A DNA stretch of 54,775 nucleotides from an uncultured bacterium (GTDB lineage Bacteria; CAYUVA01), in the NCBI GenBank assembly GCA_964448115.1, contig CAYUVA010000031.1, forward strand, positions 1 to 54,775, read 5' to 3'. How positions within the stretch are numbered: the first letter of the stretch is position 1; each line of letters opens with the position of its first letter. The position numbers and the translations under genes were made by a program. Under the pieces are notes generated by a model. It did no database searches. It was not told where the DNA came from and worked only from the letters and a program-made list of their open reading frames with translations. Positions 41,814-50,880 of this stretch are shown here, piece after piece.

Positions 41814-42804
41814 CCTTTTCTAGTGGTAAACCGGCTTCTCTCATCAGATCTCTGAACTCATCCTCATACTCGGAATAGGTATGAACCTCGACCTCATAAT
41901 CCCACGGATTGACATGTCTTCGCACTCGATTATTGTTTGCCAGATTTCGAGTGGGGCTTAAGAATATTCCCGGCATATGCAGCAGCTTGCTGAAGGGGAA
42001 ATAGACAAGCAGGGTGCTCACCAAGAAGAGGTGTATGTAAAACAGCACTCCGATCCCCTCAGGAACTACTGGATTCAAGCTGAAAAGCCCGACAGCGAGT
42101 GTCTTTACGCCATAAAGGTCCACCTTGTAAAAGTGGCGCATCAGCACCCCGGTTATCGCTATGGATGCGATGAGCAGCAGGGGGAAATAATCCGAGGCTA
42201 GCGATATGAAGCGCAGTCTTGGATTATAGACCCGGCGCAGGAAAAGATAGGTTAAGGCAGCCAGAATAAAAATGTCAGTTATGAAGATGGTAGGGATGGT
42301 AAGCTCGAAGAAACCATCCAGGCTCTCGATGATGTTTATCAAGCCAGGTGTCGGCTCCACGAAGAACCTGAAGTGCCTGATCACTATGATCAAAAACGAG
42401 TAGTGAAAGACCAAGCCAGCAGCCCAGAGCCACTTTTCATCGCCGAATACTAGCCTGGTTTCATCCTTGTTCACCGAGACCTTATGGTTACGGAATAGAG
42501 AACGGAAGAAGAAGATCTCCAGAAACATCCTTCCTAGCACACCGAATAGGTTATGCGGGCTTTCCAGGTTGTTCGGCTTGATGAATTCTAGGGACTTCTG
42601 CTGACCGCTGGTTGTTGGGATCCTGAAGGGCACCGGGGACCTAGCCCAGTAGATGACCCTCAGGATGATGCCTACTAGGAAGACCAATATAGCTATACCC
42701 GGCACTATCACCCCGAACAGGTACTCCATGCCGGCTATACCGACTCCAATGTAGGCAAACAGTACGAGCATCAACACAGCTAGTAGTGAGGCAAAGATGC
42801 GCAT
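41806..42804 (-). CDS. dsrM: DsrM (NarI-like cytochrome b)
   Basis: WARSPVPFRIPTTSGQQKSL, FH...RHFRFF, HLFLV...PFSKLLH and SPTRNLANN. Confidence 0.96.
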   Translation of the reverse strand: MRIFASLLAVLMLVLFAYIGVGIAGMEYLFGVIVPGIAILVFLVGIILRVIYWARSPVPFRIPTTSGQQKSLEFIKPNNLESPHNLFGVLGRMFLEIFFFRSLFRNHKVSVNKDETRLVFGDEKWLWAAGLVFHYSFLIIVIRHFRFFVEPTPGLINIIESLDGFFELTIPTIFITDIFILAALTYLFLRRVYNPRLRFISLASDYFPLLLIASIAITGVLMRHFYKVDLYGVKTLAVGLFSLNPVVPEGIGVLFYIHLFLVSTLLVYFPFSKLLHMPGIFLSPTRNLANNNRVRRHVNPWDYEVEVHTYSEYEDEFRDLMREAGLPLEKDE

Positions 42805-42807
42805 GGG

Positions 42808-43314
42808 CTACTTCCTTTCCTTGTTAATATTTTCTATATGTAAATTGGGAAACTGTCTTGCTTGTCTCATCCTAAGCTCGAAGATCTTCTCGCGGCTATC
42901 CATGTAGAGATCAAATCCGATCAGGGCGATTCGATCTATGTTCATATCCAGGCGATGGAGCTGATCGCTCGCTGACGGATCTCGATATAGCTCTTTGAAC
43001 TCGTGTCTCAGGATATCCTTTAAGCCGTAGATGAACTCTACCGCCTTTGATGGTGGCATATCCTGCACGGCGCGGATCTTGATCAAGCCTTGAAGAGATT
43101 CGGCAACACTATAAGGATCTATCCTGGAAGCTACTGCTTGCTCTAACAGAGATTCCAAAGATGTCTTGATGGTTGCCCCGACCGGGTTGTTGAAGGGATC
43201 CGATTCTCTAAGCAGAAACCGACGCGTATCCTCTGGATAGGTCTCAATCGTTAAATGAAACCATTTCTTGAATATAGTCGGTTTCCTGTGTGAGATCTTC
43301 TCCCTAACCTGCAT
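42808..43314 (-). CDS. dsrT: DsrT (RsbRD N-terminal-domain protein)
   Basis: W...IETYP, DPFNNPVG, IKIRAVQD..PSKAV.F, REKIFELR; lies directly upstream of dsrM. Confidence 0.85.
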   Translation of the reverse strand: MQVREKISHRKPTIFKKWFHLTIETYPEDTRRFLLRESDPFNNPVGATIKTSLESLLEQAVASRIDPYSVAESLQGLIKIRAVQDMPPSKAVEFIYGLKDILRHEFKELYRDPSASDQLHRLDMNIDRIALIGFDLYMDSREKIFELRMRQARQFPNLHIENINKERK

Positions 43315-43719
43315 CCTTAATCTTTATCCTATTTTTTTAGGATGTGGTATAATACCATGCCAATAGGATAACTTGATATCATATATTCACCCAATCAAGC
43401 AAGGCTTGTATCATATAGCCAGGATACTTATCCCATAATCCTCACTGACCCTGCTTGATGCTTAGGACGCTATTAAGAAAGCATAAGCCCGACAGATTGT
43501 CGAGCCATGCCTTCATGCTATTTTTCCGCTTGCGTGGCTTGGATGGTATTCGTATTCCCTGGTCTTTCACATCTATATCAAGCTTTCCGATACCCGAATA
43601 TTGTAAGGCAGCCAGCCCTCACAATCTTTGTTTCAAGGTTGATGGGGCATCCTTGCAATCAATTTAGTAAGCTTGCGGGAATACAATCCTCGATCCAGTA
43701 CCGATCCGAATGTTGAATC

Positions 43720-44037
43720 TTAAACGCAGCCGGTCGGCTTGGGAAGTCCGGCAACCTTGCAAGCGCCCTTCGCAGGTCCTGATGGGAATAGCTCGTAGAT
43801 CTTCTTTAGATTAAAGCCGGTCTCCTTGCAGAGCTTGCGGATCATAGGGGCGATACCGAACTTCAGGTAGTAGTCTCGAAGGTATTTGACCACCTTCCAG
43901 TGTTCCTCGGTCATCTCCTCAACAGCCTCGGTCTTGGCTAGCGCTTTTGCAACCTCTTCATCCCAAAGATCCGGGTCTTGGATGAAGCCGTCCTCGTCGA
44001 CTTCCATTTGCTTTCCTGCGAGTTCCACCATTGGCAT
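43720..44037 (-). CDS. dsrC: DsrC sulfur carrier
   Basis: DEDGF, HWKVVKYLRDYY and C-terminal GPAKGACKVAGLPKPTGCV with both conserved Cys. Confidence 0.96.
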   Translation of the reverse strand: MPMVELAGKQMEVDEDGFIQDPDLWDEEVAKALAKTEAVEEMTEEHWKVVKYLRDYYLKFGIAPMIRKLCKETGFNLKKIYELFPSGPAKGACKVAGLPKPTGCV

Positions 44038-44451
44038 AACAGCAATCTCCTTTTGATTGGTTAGTTATCAGCATGTATTACCTAAGTTTCCAGCTTATAC
44101 CGTCCAGTCATATTAAACGGTTAATAGCTATCCAAGGTTCCAGGCGACCGTCTTGGTTCAAGAACCTGGAACCCTCGGCTCTGTTTCGCTTTCCATCGCC
44201 TAACCATCGGCATCCGGCAGCTTTCACCAGCAATAAAACATTTCCTATATATAATCTTGGTCTCTCGTTGTCAAGTTAAAAATTAGATGACTTAGCTTCA
44301 TCTTAAATTTCTCTCCTGCCTGCGCTAAGCTCAGAGGAGTCGGATGATATGAACTTGGAGCAATTCCATGATGGTAAGAATGGGTCGTCGCTTCGTAATT
44401 ACTTACCCCCAATAATCCTCCCGTGAACCGGGGAACTAAAGAGGAAGTAAC

Positions 44452-44712
44452 CTAAAGGTCTCTTTCAAGGCTTTGCTCCAAAATGGGCATCCTTTCTACA
44501 TCAGTGTAAAAAAGAGGTGAGGCATCTATATTTTGTGCCCTATTATTGCGCAGCGTCCAACCAAGTACCCCAGTCGGCATGGGACCAAAGGCAAGCATCA
44601 AGAATAGTAATCCAAGTATAAAAAGCCCGATGAAAAACCTGATCCAGCGACTGATATCAGAAGTCTTTAGTCTATGGTCTTTCGTCTTTAGTCCTTTAGG
44701 AAGGGATACCAT
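44452..44712 (-). CDS. Small single-pass membrane protein, hypothetical
   Basis: AAGGA upstream, one hydrophobic helix, follows the transporter gene; its N-terminus contains degenerate heptamer repeats. Confidence 0.55.
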   Translation of the reverse strand: MVSLPKGLKTKDHRLKTSDISRWIRFFIGLFILGLLFLMLAFGPMPTGVLGWTLRNNRAQNIDASPLFYTDVERMPILEQSLERDL

Positions 44713-44727
44713 GCCGCCTATCCTTGC

Positions 44728-46119
44728 TTATATATTGAACAATATACCCCCAAAGGCGAGCCAGGCTGCCAGTAAGGTCAGGATCAGATTGAAGCTCTGA
44801 CCTACCACATATAATATCAAGGGCTTCCCACCTTGCATCTGCTCGGCAAGCTCCCTGAAGTTCGACTCCAAGCCAATACTTAAAAATGCCATGCAGAAAA
44901 ACCAGCTCCTGAAGGGGTGAGTAAATGGATCGATGACTCCGCCTTCAACCACGCTTGTCGTGTAGATTGGACTTAATATGAACGAAAAGATGATAGAAGC
45001 GCCCACGAAACCGAGTATGAACTTTGGGAACCTATACCATATCTCCATAGCCTTCGGTCTTGGAGCCTTGGGATCATCAGCCACCCTAGTTACCCAGTAA
45101 ACCGCCACCAAGAATGCTACCACGCCGATGAGGACATTTTGTATCATCTTAACTACTGCTGCTATCTTCTCAGCCTCATCTCCTAGCACGGCGCCGGCAG
45201 CGACCACTGCCCCGGTGGAGTCAATGGTGCCTCCCATCCAGGCTGCACCTATCCTTATTGGCATATCGACTACACTTATAAACGCTGGCATGACAATCAT
45301 CATTATAACCGTAAAGATAAGCGTCATACCCACCGCAAGGGTAAGCTCGTCTTTCTTTGCCTTGCAGGCTGCTGCCGTTGCGATCGCAGCCGAGACTCCG
45401 CAGACCGAGGTGGCTGCTGCTATGATTACCGACAGGGTTTTCTTGACCTTGAGAAATCTGGTACCGAAGCTGTACATAAATATAATAACCGTCGGTGTAA
45501 CCAGCCAGGCAACGAAAAGCCCCGGAGCGCCTAAAAGCAGGATCTTTGAGAATAGGATCTCTGCTCCGAGAAGCACTAAGCCAGTTTTTATGTACATCTC
45601 TGTTTTAACGCCCTCCATGAGCCACTTTGGAGTTCCCACCGTGTTGGAGATAAGCAACCCAATGGCAAGCGCCCAGAACGCGTAGCTGATGCCGTAGTGC
45701 TTTATCTGCTGCTGATTTGCTACCCAGTAGCTAAGTGTCGAGAGGATAAAGACCACGAAAAATGCTAGTAGATATCGCCAGAAGCTGCCCCCCATGACAG
45801 CGACGCCTATGCCGGTAAGCACTCCCAGCCCTATCATCAGCATGATCAACTTGATGGGAAGTCCGCCCTTGAAGGCTTCGAGTGGGTTATCGATCCATTT
45901 ACCCACCTTTGGAGTCTTGTTCGGAATGCCTAGGATAGATGATTTACCTATTGCCTGCTTGGCTAGATCCGGTTCCTGCACTTCTGCCGGGTGTATCTTT
46001 TTATATACAGGCGATTGAGGATTAAGGTTTGCCATCAATAGAGCAAAGCCAATCAGTATCAAGCCGAACCATATAGTCCACCAGTCTTCCTTTTTCCAGA
46101 GATCTGATATCGTGCTCAT
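44728..46119 (-). CDS. YeiH / putative sulfate exporter family transporter
   Basis: Start MSTISDLWKKEDWW at 46119 with GGGGGAG; EMYIKTGLVLLG, SVCGVSAAIA, GGTIDSTGAV and VKMIQN. Confidence 0.88.
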   Translation of the reverse strand: MSTISDLWKKEDWWTIWFGLILIGFALLMANLNPQSPVYKKIHPAEVQEPDLAKQAIGKSSILGIPNKTPKVGKWIDNPLEAFKGGLPIKLIMLMIGLGVLTGIGVAVMGGSFWRYLLAFFVVFILSTLSYWVANQQQIKHYGISYAFWALAIGLLISNTVGTPKWLMEGVKTEMYIKTGLVLLGAEILFSKILLLGAPGLFVAWLVTPTVIIFMYSFGTRFLKVKKTLSVIIAAATSVCGVSAAIATAAACKAKKDELTLAVGMTLIFTVIMMIVMPAFISVVDMPIRIGAAWMGGTIDSTGAVVAAGAVLGDEAEKIAAVVKMIQNVLIGVVAFLVAVYWVTRVADDPKAPRPKAMEIWYRFPKFILGFVGASIIFSFILSPIYTTSVVEGGVIDPFTHPFRSWFFCMAFLSIGLESNFRELAEQMQGGKPLILYVVGQSFNLILTLLAAWLAFGGILFNI

Positions 46120-46375
46120 AACCGCATTCTCCCCCGTTGTTGTTATCCTATCTAGCGGTAATAAAATATAAACCCCACTCTCACGGATGTCAAATGAGGG
46201 GAATAATAAAGTTATCCAGGAATGAATGGCATTTGTATGTGGACTAAAGACCAAAGACTAAGGCAACTTAGCCACAACCAATACCCCTTGTCATCCTGTG
46301 TGGGGTCTCTATTATTAAAGAATCTGGACTCCGCTCGGGATGACATATAGGTTGATCATGCGCCTCATGGGTAAG

Positions 46376-46546
46376 GACTGGATGCCTGACGGAGTTCACC
46401 CTGCACTTGATGCGGGGCGAGAATGACAGAGAAGGAGAGGCGCAGGCATGAGATGGGGGTGCCCGTTGGCCAAACAAATCTTGTGTCAAGAGTAACCACC
46501 TTCCCGACCTATTCGGGAGGCATGAAAATTATGATGCGCGAAATTG
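46376..46546. repeat. Repeat copy forming the left arm of a ~170-bp inverted repeat with 50963-51107
   Basis: ATGGGGGTGCCCGTTGGC.AAACAAATCTT.TGT.AAGAG...CCGACCTATTCGGGAGGCATGAAAATTATGA matches the reverse complement of 50963-51056. Confidence 0.88.
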
Positions 46547-46640
46547 CGCTATCTGTATAAGTAAGTGATCTAAAGCATAAAGAAGCATAAAGACCAAAAC
46601 CTCACTTGCGGTTTGGATCGGGAGGTTTTATGATTTAACT

Positions 46641-47288
46641 ATGAAACGAGAAGTCGATTATAGCTTGTATATCTGCACTGACCGGGGGCTTAGTCGAGGG
46701 CGAAGCAACCTTGAGGTGGTCTCTGCTGCCTTGGCAGGCGGCGCAACCGTGATCCAGTATCGTGAAAAGGAGCTTACCTTTCAGCAGATGCTAAAAGAGG
46801 CTACCCAGTTGCAGGATATTATTCGTAAGCAGAATCGAGCTTTCATTATCAATGATCGGGTCGATCTTGCTTATGCTGTAAAGGCTGATGGGGTGCATCT
46901 CGGTAGGGATGACATGCCGGTAGAGATTGCAAGAGAGATGCTCGGTGAGGATGCAATTATCGGTTCATCAGTTCAATCGGTCTCGGAAGCCGTGGAAGCC
47001 CAAACAAAGGGCGCCGATTACCTGGGTGCATCAGGCGTTTTTCCAACCAGCACCAAGCCGGATGTCGGTGCGGTACTTGGCTTGGAGAACCTTGAACGCA
47101 TAGTCGAGGCAGTTACCATACCTGTAGTCGCCATCGGGGGTATCAACCTGGATAATGTCGCCTCTGTCATCGAGGCTGGTGCGCAGGGAGCTGCTGTAAT
47201 ATCTTTTGTGGTGGGAGCTGCTGATATTACCGAGACATGCCTAAAACTGATCGATCGCATTAGAAGGTCGTCTCGGCTCAGGGAGTAG
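46641..47288 (+). CDS. thiE: Thiamine-phosphate synthase
   Basis: IQYREK, FIINDRVD, ADGVHLG, FPTSTK and VVAIGGI. Confidence 0.95.
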   Translation: MKREVDYSLYICTDRGLSRGRSNLEVVSAALAGGATVIQYREKELTFQQMLKEATQLQDIIRKQNRAFIINDRVDLAYAVKADGVHLGRDDMPVEIAREMLGEDAIIGSSVQSVSEAVEAQTKGADYLGASGVFPTSTKPDVGAVLGLENLERIVEAVTIPVVAIGGINLDNVASVIEAGAQGAAVISFVVGAADITETCLKLIDRIRRSSRLRE

Positions 47289-47356
47289 ATGTTTGGAGTA
47301 GAGGCTTTTTGTCTGTAAGTATTATTCAGGTGATAAACGACAACATCTTTTGATTT

Positions 47357-48034
47357 ATGTTCTGGAAGAAAAAGAAGATAAACACCACGCCTGGCGAGGA
47401 GTTCGAGCTTCAGCGTGAAAGGATGGTCATCGAACAGCTCCAGCGCCGTGGAATCAAGGATGAACGGGTGCTTCAAGCCTTCAGGGAGCTTCCTCGCCAC
47501 GAGTTCGTACTCGACGAGGACCGAGCCCGATCTTACGATGATCACCCGTTGAGCATCGGCTACGGACAGACCATCTCGCAGCCATATATCGTCTCCCTGA
47601 TGACCGAAAGTCTCGAGCTTAAAGGGGATGAGAAGGTGCTCGAGATAGGCACTGGTTCTGGATACCAGTTGGCTATTCTTGCCCGGTTGGCTAAGGCGGT
47701 CTATTCGGTGGAGATAGTTGAGCCTTTGCTTGAACGCGCTAAAGAGGTCCTTACCCGGCTTGGCTTCGATAATGTTAAGCTCAAAGCCGGCGATGGCTGG
47801 CTCGGCTGGGAGGAGCATTCGCCTTTTGATGCGATCATCTTCACCGCAGCGGCGCCTAAGCCACCGATTCATCTCGCCGGGCAGCTTAAGGAGGGCGGTA
47901 GAATGGTGGCGCCGGTTGGAAGACAACGATTCCACCAGGACTTGATGTTATACAGGAAGGTCGATGATCGTTTGATCGAAAAATACTTAACCGGCGTGGT
48001 TTTCGTGCCCATTACAGGTAAAAATATCGATTAA
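47357..48034 (+). CDS. pcm: Protein-L-isoaspartate O-methyltransferase
   Basis: PRHEFV, GQTISQPYIV, VLEIGTGSGYQ and GDGWLGW. Confidence 0.96.
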   Translation: MFWKKKKINTTPGEEFELQRERMVIEQLQRRGIKDERVLQAFRELPRHEFVLDEDRARSYDDHPLSIGYGQTISQPYIVSLMTESLELKGDEKVLEIGTGSGYQLAILARLAKAVYSVEIVEPLLERAKEVLTRLGFDNVKLKAGDGWLGWEEHSPFDAIIFTAAAPKPPIHLAGQLKEGGRMVAPVGRQRFHQDLMLYRKVDDRLIEKYLTGVVFVPITGKNID

Positions 48035-48093
48035 CCGCTCATCAATTAACCCACTAGAAACAAGATAACAATTTAAAATAATCAAGTTTGCAC

Positions 48094-48149
48094 TTGACAT
48101 TGATTTTTTGTTAATTTATCATTACCATGAAATTACCATTAAATACCAT
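48094..48149 (+). promoter_or_regulatory. sigma70 promoter followed by three TACCAT direct repeats (candidate MraZ operator)
   Basis: TTGACA (48094)-17 nt-TATCAT (48117); TACCAT at 48123, 48134 and 48144. Confidence 0.6.
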
Positions 48150-48152
48150 AAA

Positions 48153-48566
48153 ATGAATACAGGATACTACGGCACATATCACTTCCAGATGGACGAGCAC
48201 AGGCGTATCTCGATCCCTGCCGACTTCAGGCGCCAGTTTTCTGAGCCTGGTAACAAGATCTACCTCCAGCTCATCGATAACTGCATCCGATGCTACACTC
48301 CCAAGGAATTACTTGAGATCTCCAGGTTGATAACTCAAGATCCCCCGTTCAGCGCTGAAGCGAGAGCCAAACGAAGGGGATGGGGTAGTACCCTGATGCC
48401 AAGAACCATTGATCCGCAGGGCAGAATCATGTTGACCGATGATCTCATCACCGAAGCTGCCATAGTGAAGGATATAGTCATAATCGGCACCTTGGATAGC
48501 TTCGAGATCTGGGCAAAGGAGGTCTATGAGAAGTCGAGATCAGAGAATCCGGATTTATGGATATAG
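48153..48566 (+). CDS. mraZ: MraZ-family transcriptional regulator (divergent)
   Basis: GTYHFQMDEHRRISIPADFR, IDPQGRIML and IIGTLDSFEIW; probable start ATG 48153. Confidence 0.88.
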   Translation: MNTGYYGTYHFQMDEHRRISIPADFRRQFSEPGNKIYLQLIDNCIRCYTPKELLEISRLITQDPPFSAEARAKRRGWGSTLMPRTIDPQGRIMLTDDLITEAAIVKDIVIIGTLDSFEIWAKEVYEKSRSENPDLWI

Positions 48567-48617
48567 GATGATGAAAGAACTAACATTCTGTACATTTTTA
48601 ATACAGGGGGAATTAAA

Positions 48618-49724
48618 GTGATAAAGGCAGAGCCAAACTTCGGATGGGAAGCAAGGATCACCGTAGTCGGCATCGGTGGCTGTGGTAACAACACGATAAA
48701 TCAACTGGTCGATGCGGGAATTAAAGATGTTTGTTTCGTTGGCATGAATACCGATGCCAAGGTAATAAACAAGTGCAAGGCTGACTATCGACTTCACCTG
48801 GGAGATAATCCTCATGGATGTGGTGGAAGACCGTTTGTCGGCATGGAAGCTGCCAACTCCTGTCGCGATGAAATTGCGCAGCTTATAAGCGGTTCCAAGA
48901 TGGTATTCATTGCCGCCGGCATGGGTGGTGGCACCGGCACTGGCGGCGCGCCAGTGGTGGCACAGGTAGCCAGGGAGATGGGCATCCTGACCCTGGCTGT
49001 GGTTACCATGCCATTCTCCTTCGAGGGGAGCAGGAGAAATGAAAACGCAAAGTGGGGTTTGAAGGAGCTTTACAAGGCTGCCGATACTGTGGTCGTAATA
49101 CCTAACGATGCGCTTACCGAAAAATTCGGGAAAGACCTCACTTTGGTAAAGGGATTACGGCTCTCCGACGAGGTGCTTTTCAAGGGCGTGGTCGGGATCA
49201 CTGATATCATCCTAAAGTCTGATGAGATCAACCTCGATTTCAACGATGTGGAACGCGTCCTGCGACAGGATGGCTTAGCCCTGATGGGCATAGGATATGG
49301 CAAAGGCAAGGCAAAAATTTACGATGCGGTCAACGAGGCTATCTATTCTCCTTTGCTGGATGATCTCTCATTAGAGGGCGCTAAGGCTCTATTATTGCAC
49401 TTTGCCAGCGGAGTTGACCTGAATGCAGGACAGATCTCACACATCTCAACCCAGGCATCCAAGGTGCTTGCTCCCGATGCTGAGGTCTTCTTCGGGCTGA
49501 GAACCGACCCAGAGCTAAAGGACGATGTAAAGGTAACCATCATTGCCAAAGGGGTCAGCCGCATCCCAGGCACCAGGAAGGTCTGCACCAAGGTTTACAA
49601 GTCCCTTGCTGAGTTGCAGCCGATTGAGCAGCTTGAGAAGGAGATGAAAAGCGCTGACCTGAACGACTACAGCGTTCCCACCATCATGCGACAGCGATAC
49701 AAGCTGCAACTCATGGTCAGGTAG
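48618..49724 (+). CDS. ftsZ: FtsZ-family GTPase (divergent)
   Basis: VVGIGGCGNN, NTDA, AGMGGGTGTGGAPVVA, PFSFEG, INLDFNDV and a C-terminal peptide DYSVPTIMR. Confidence 0.92.
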   Translation: MIKAEPNFGWEARITVVGIGGCGNNTINQLVDAGIKDVCFVGMNTDAKVINKCKADYRLHLGDNPHGCGGRPFVGMEAANSCRDEIAQLISGSKMVFIAAGMGGGTGTGGAPVVAQVAREMGILTLAVVTMPFSFEGSRRNENAKWGLKELYKAADTVVVIPNDALTEKFGKDLTLVKGLRLSDEVLFKGVVGITDIILKSDEINLDFNDVERVLRQDGLALMGIGYGKGKAKIYDAVNEAIYSPLLDDLSLEGAKALLLHFASGVDLNAGQISHISTQASKVLAPDAEVFFGLRTDPELKDDVKVTIIAKGVSRIPGTRKVCTKVYKSLAELQPIEQLEKEMKSADLNDYSVPTIMRQRYKLQLMVR

Positions 49725-50877
49725 CTTGTTCACTATTCGATACAAGGTGTTCGCTGATGCGCCTAAGGTTAGTAAGGTCGCAGATATCGCGCTCAAAGAA
49801 CGGTATCTGAAGGATCTCGTCCTCCACCCTAAGCTCAACTTCAAGCTCTTTTATATACTTTCTCTCATAGGCAGCGAAGGCGTTGGTGGTCTGCAAGCCA
49901 CGGATCATCTCCATCACTAGCTTTTCCTCTTCGTCTAAAGCCTGCTTTTTCTTCAGCTCATTCAACCTGCGTATCAAGAGATGCAGTAGCCTGGGGTCTC
50001 CATATTGTCTTATGAAGTGCGGATGCACGCGATTCAGGATGAATGCACCGAATGGCATGGATAGCTCTATGAGGCGGTTATAAATGTAAAGCGAGTCCTT
50101 GATGGAAAGCTGGTTGGGCGCGGCGACTATATTGAAGATGCTGATATTAGGGTCGGAAAGGATCCCTTGCATATTTCTAGCCCTCTCGCGCAATCCGCCG
50201 AACGCCTCCTCTCCAAGGGCTATGAAGCTGCTGATCTCAGCGATGATGCTCAGTCCAATTGTCTTCTCCAGGATATCGAACAGCTTCACCGCCCCTTTGT
50301 GGATCATCTTTGCTCCGCTGCCGGCGATTAAATCGGCAGGCATCATGAGGATCTTGATGATATTTGCATCGAGAAGATCGACCAGGCGGGTCGGCGCCTC
50401 GAAGAAATCAAGAGCATATCGCGTGGGAGCGGTATCGACCACTATGATCTCGTAGTCGGTATTTCGGTATAGATCGAACAGTTTTCCCAGCGCAACATAC
50501 TCTTGGGTTCCAGCAAGTGAATCACTGATAATTCGATATATACGGTTATCCAAGATCTTCTCTGCCAGCTCCTTGCTGAGCAGTTTTTCGATAAGCTCAT
50601 CCGCTGCCCGCTTGGTATCCATCATCATGGCATGAAGCTCGCCCTTGTTAGGATAGTTATCGAAGATGGATAGATCGATCTTGAACTCCTTGTTTCCTAC
50701 ATCCTGCACGCCGAGAGAGTCGGCTAGCCTCCGGGCAGGGTCAACAGTTACCACCAGCACCTTGTGTCCTCTAAGCGCCAATCCCAAGCCAGTCGCCGCC
50801 GAGACAGTAGTCTTACCGACTCCACCGCTGCCAGCAAACATTATGATCCGCTTCTTTTCAAATACCTCAAGCATCAT
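49717..50877 (-). CDS. ArsA/GET3-like ATPase
   Basis: GSGGVGKTT, VTVDPARRLADSLG, GTQEY and VVDTAPT. Confidence 0.9.
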   Translation of the reverse strand: MMLEVFEKKRIIMFAGSGGVGKTTVSAATGLGLALRGHKVLVVTVDPARRLADSLGVQDVGNKEFKIDLSIFDNYPNKGELHAMMMDTKRAADELIEKLLSKELAEKILDNRIYRIISDSLAGTQEYVALGKLFDLYRNTDYEIIVVDTAPTRYALDFFEAPTRLVDLLDANIIKILMMPADLIAGSGAKMIHKGAVKLFDILEKTIGLSIIAEISSFIALGEEAFGGLRERARNMQGILSDPNISIFNIVAAPNQLSIKDSLYIYNRLIELSMPFGAFILNRVHPHFIRQYGDPRLLHLLIRRLNELKKKQALDEEEKLVMEMIRGLQTTNAFAAYERKYIKELEVELRVEDEILQIPFFERDICDLTNLRRISEHLVSNSEQAT

Positions 50878-50880
50878 TAA

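Noticed and set aside
43455-43716. dsrD or another small dsr gene between dsrC and dsrT
   Set aside because: The ORFs are on the opposite strand with no DsrD-like motif, and minus-strand frames are interrupted by stops.
44100-44225. 6S RNA (CTTGAACCAAG resemblance)
   Set aside because: I could not find the long terminal stem or central bubble; kept only as a generic structured leader.
46453-46546. Possible TPP riboswitch upstream of thiE (begins GGGGTGCCC)
   Set aside because: It lacks the CTGAGA and ACCTGA/TAATGCC/CGTAGGG core, and the same sequence recurs inverted at 50963-51056, so it is a repeat.
47018-47935. 305-aa minus-strand ORF
   Set aside because: Antisense to well-supported thiE and pcm; no recognisable motifs.
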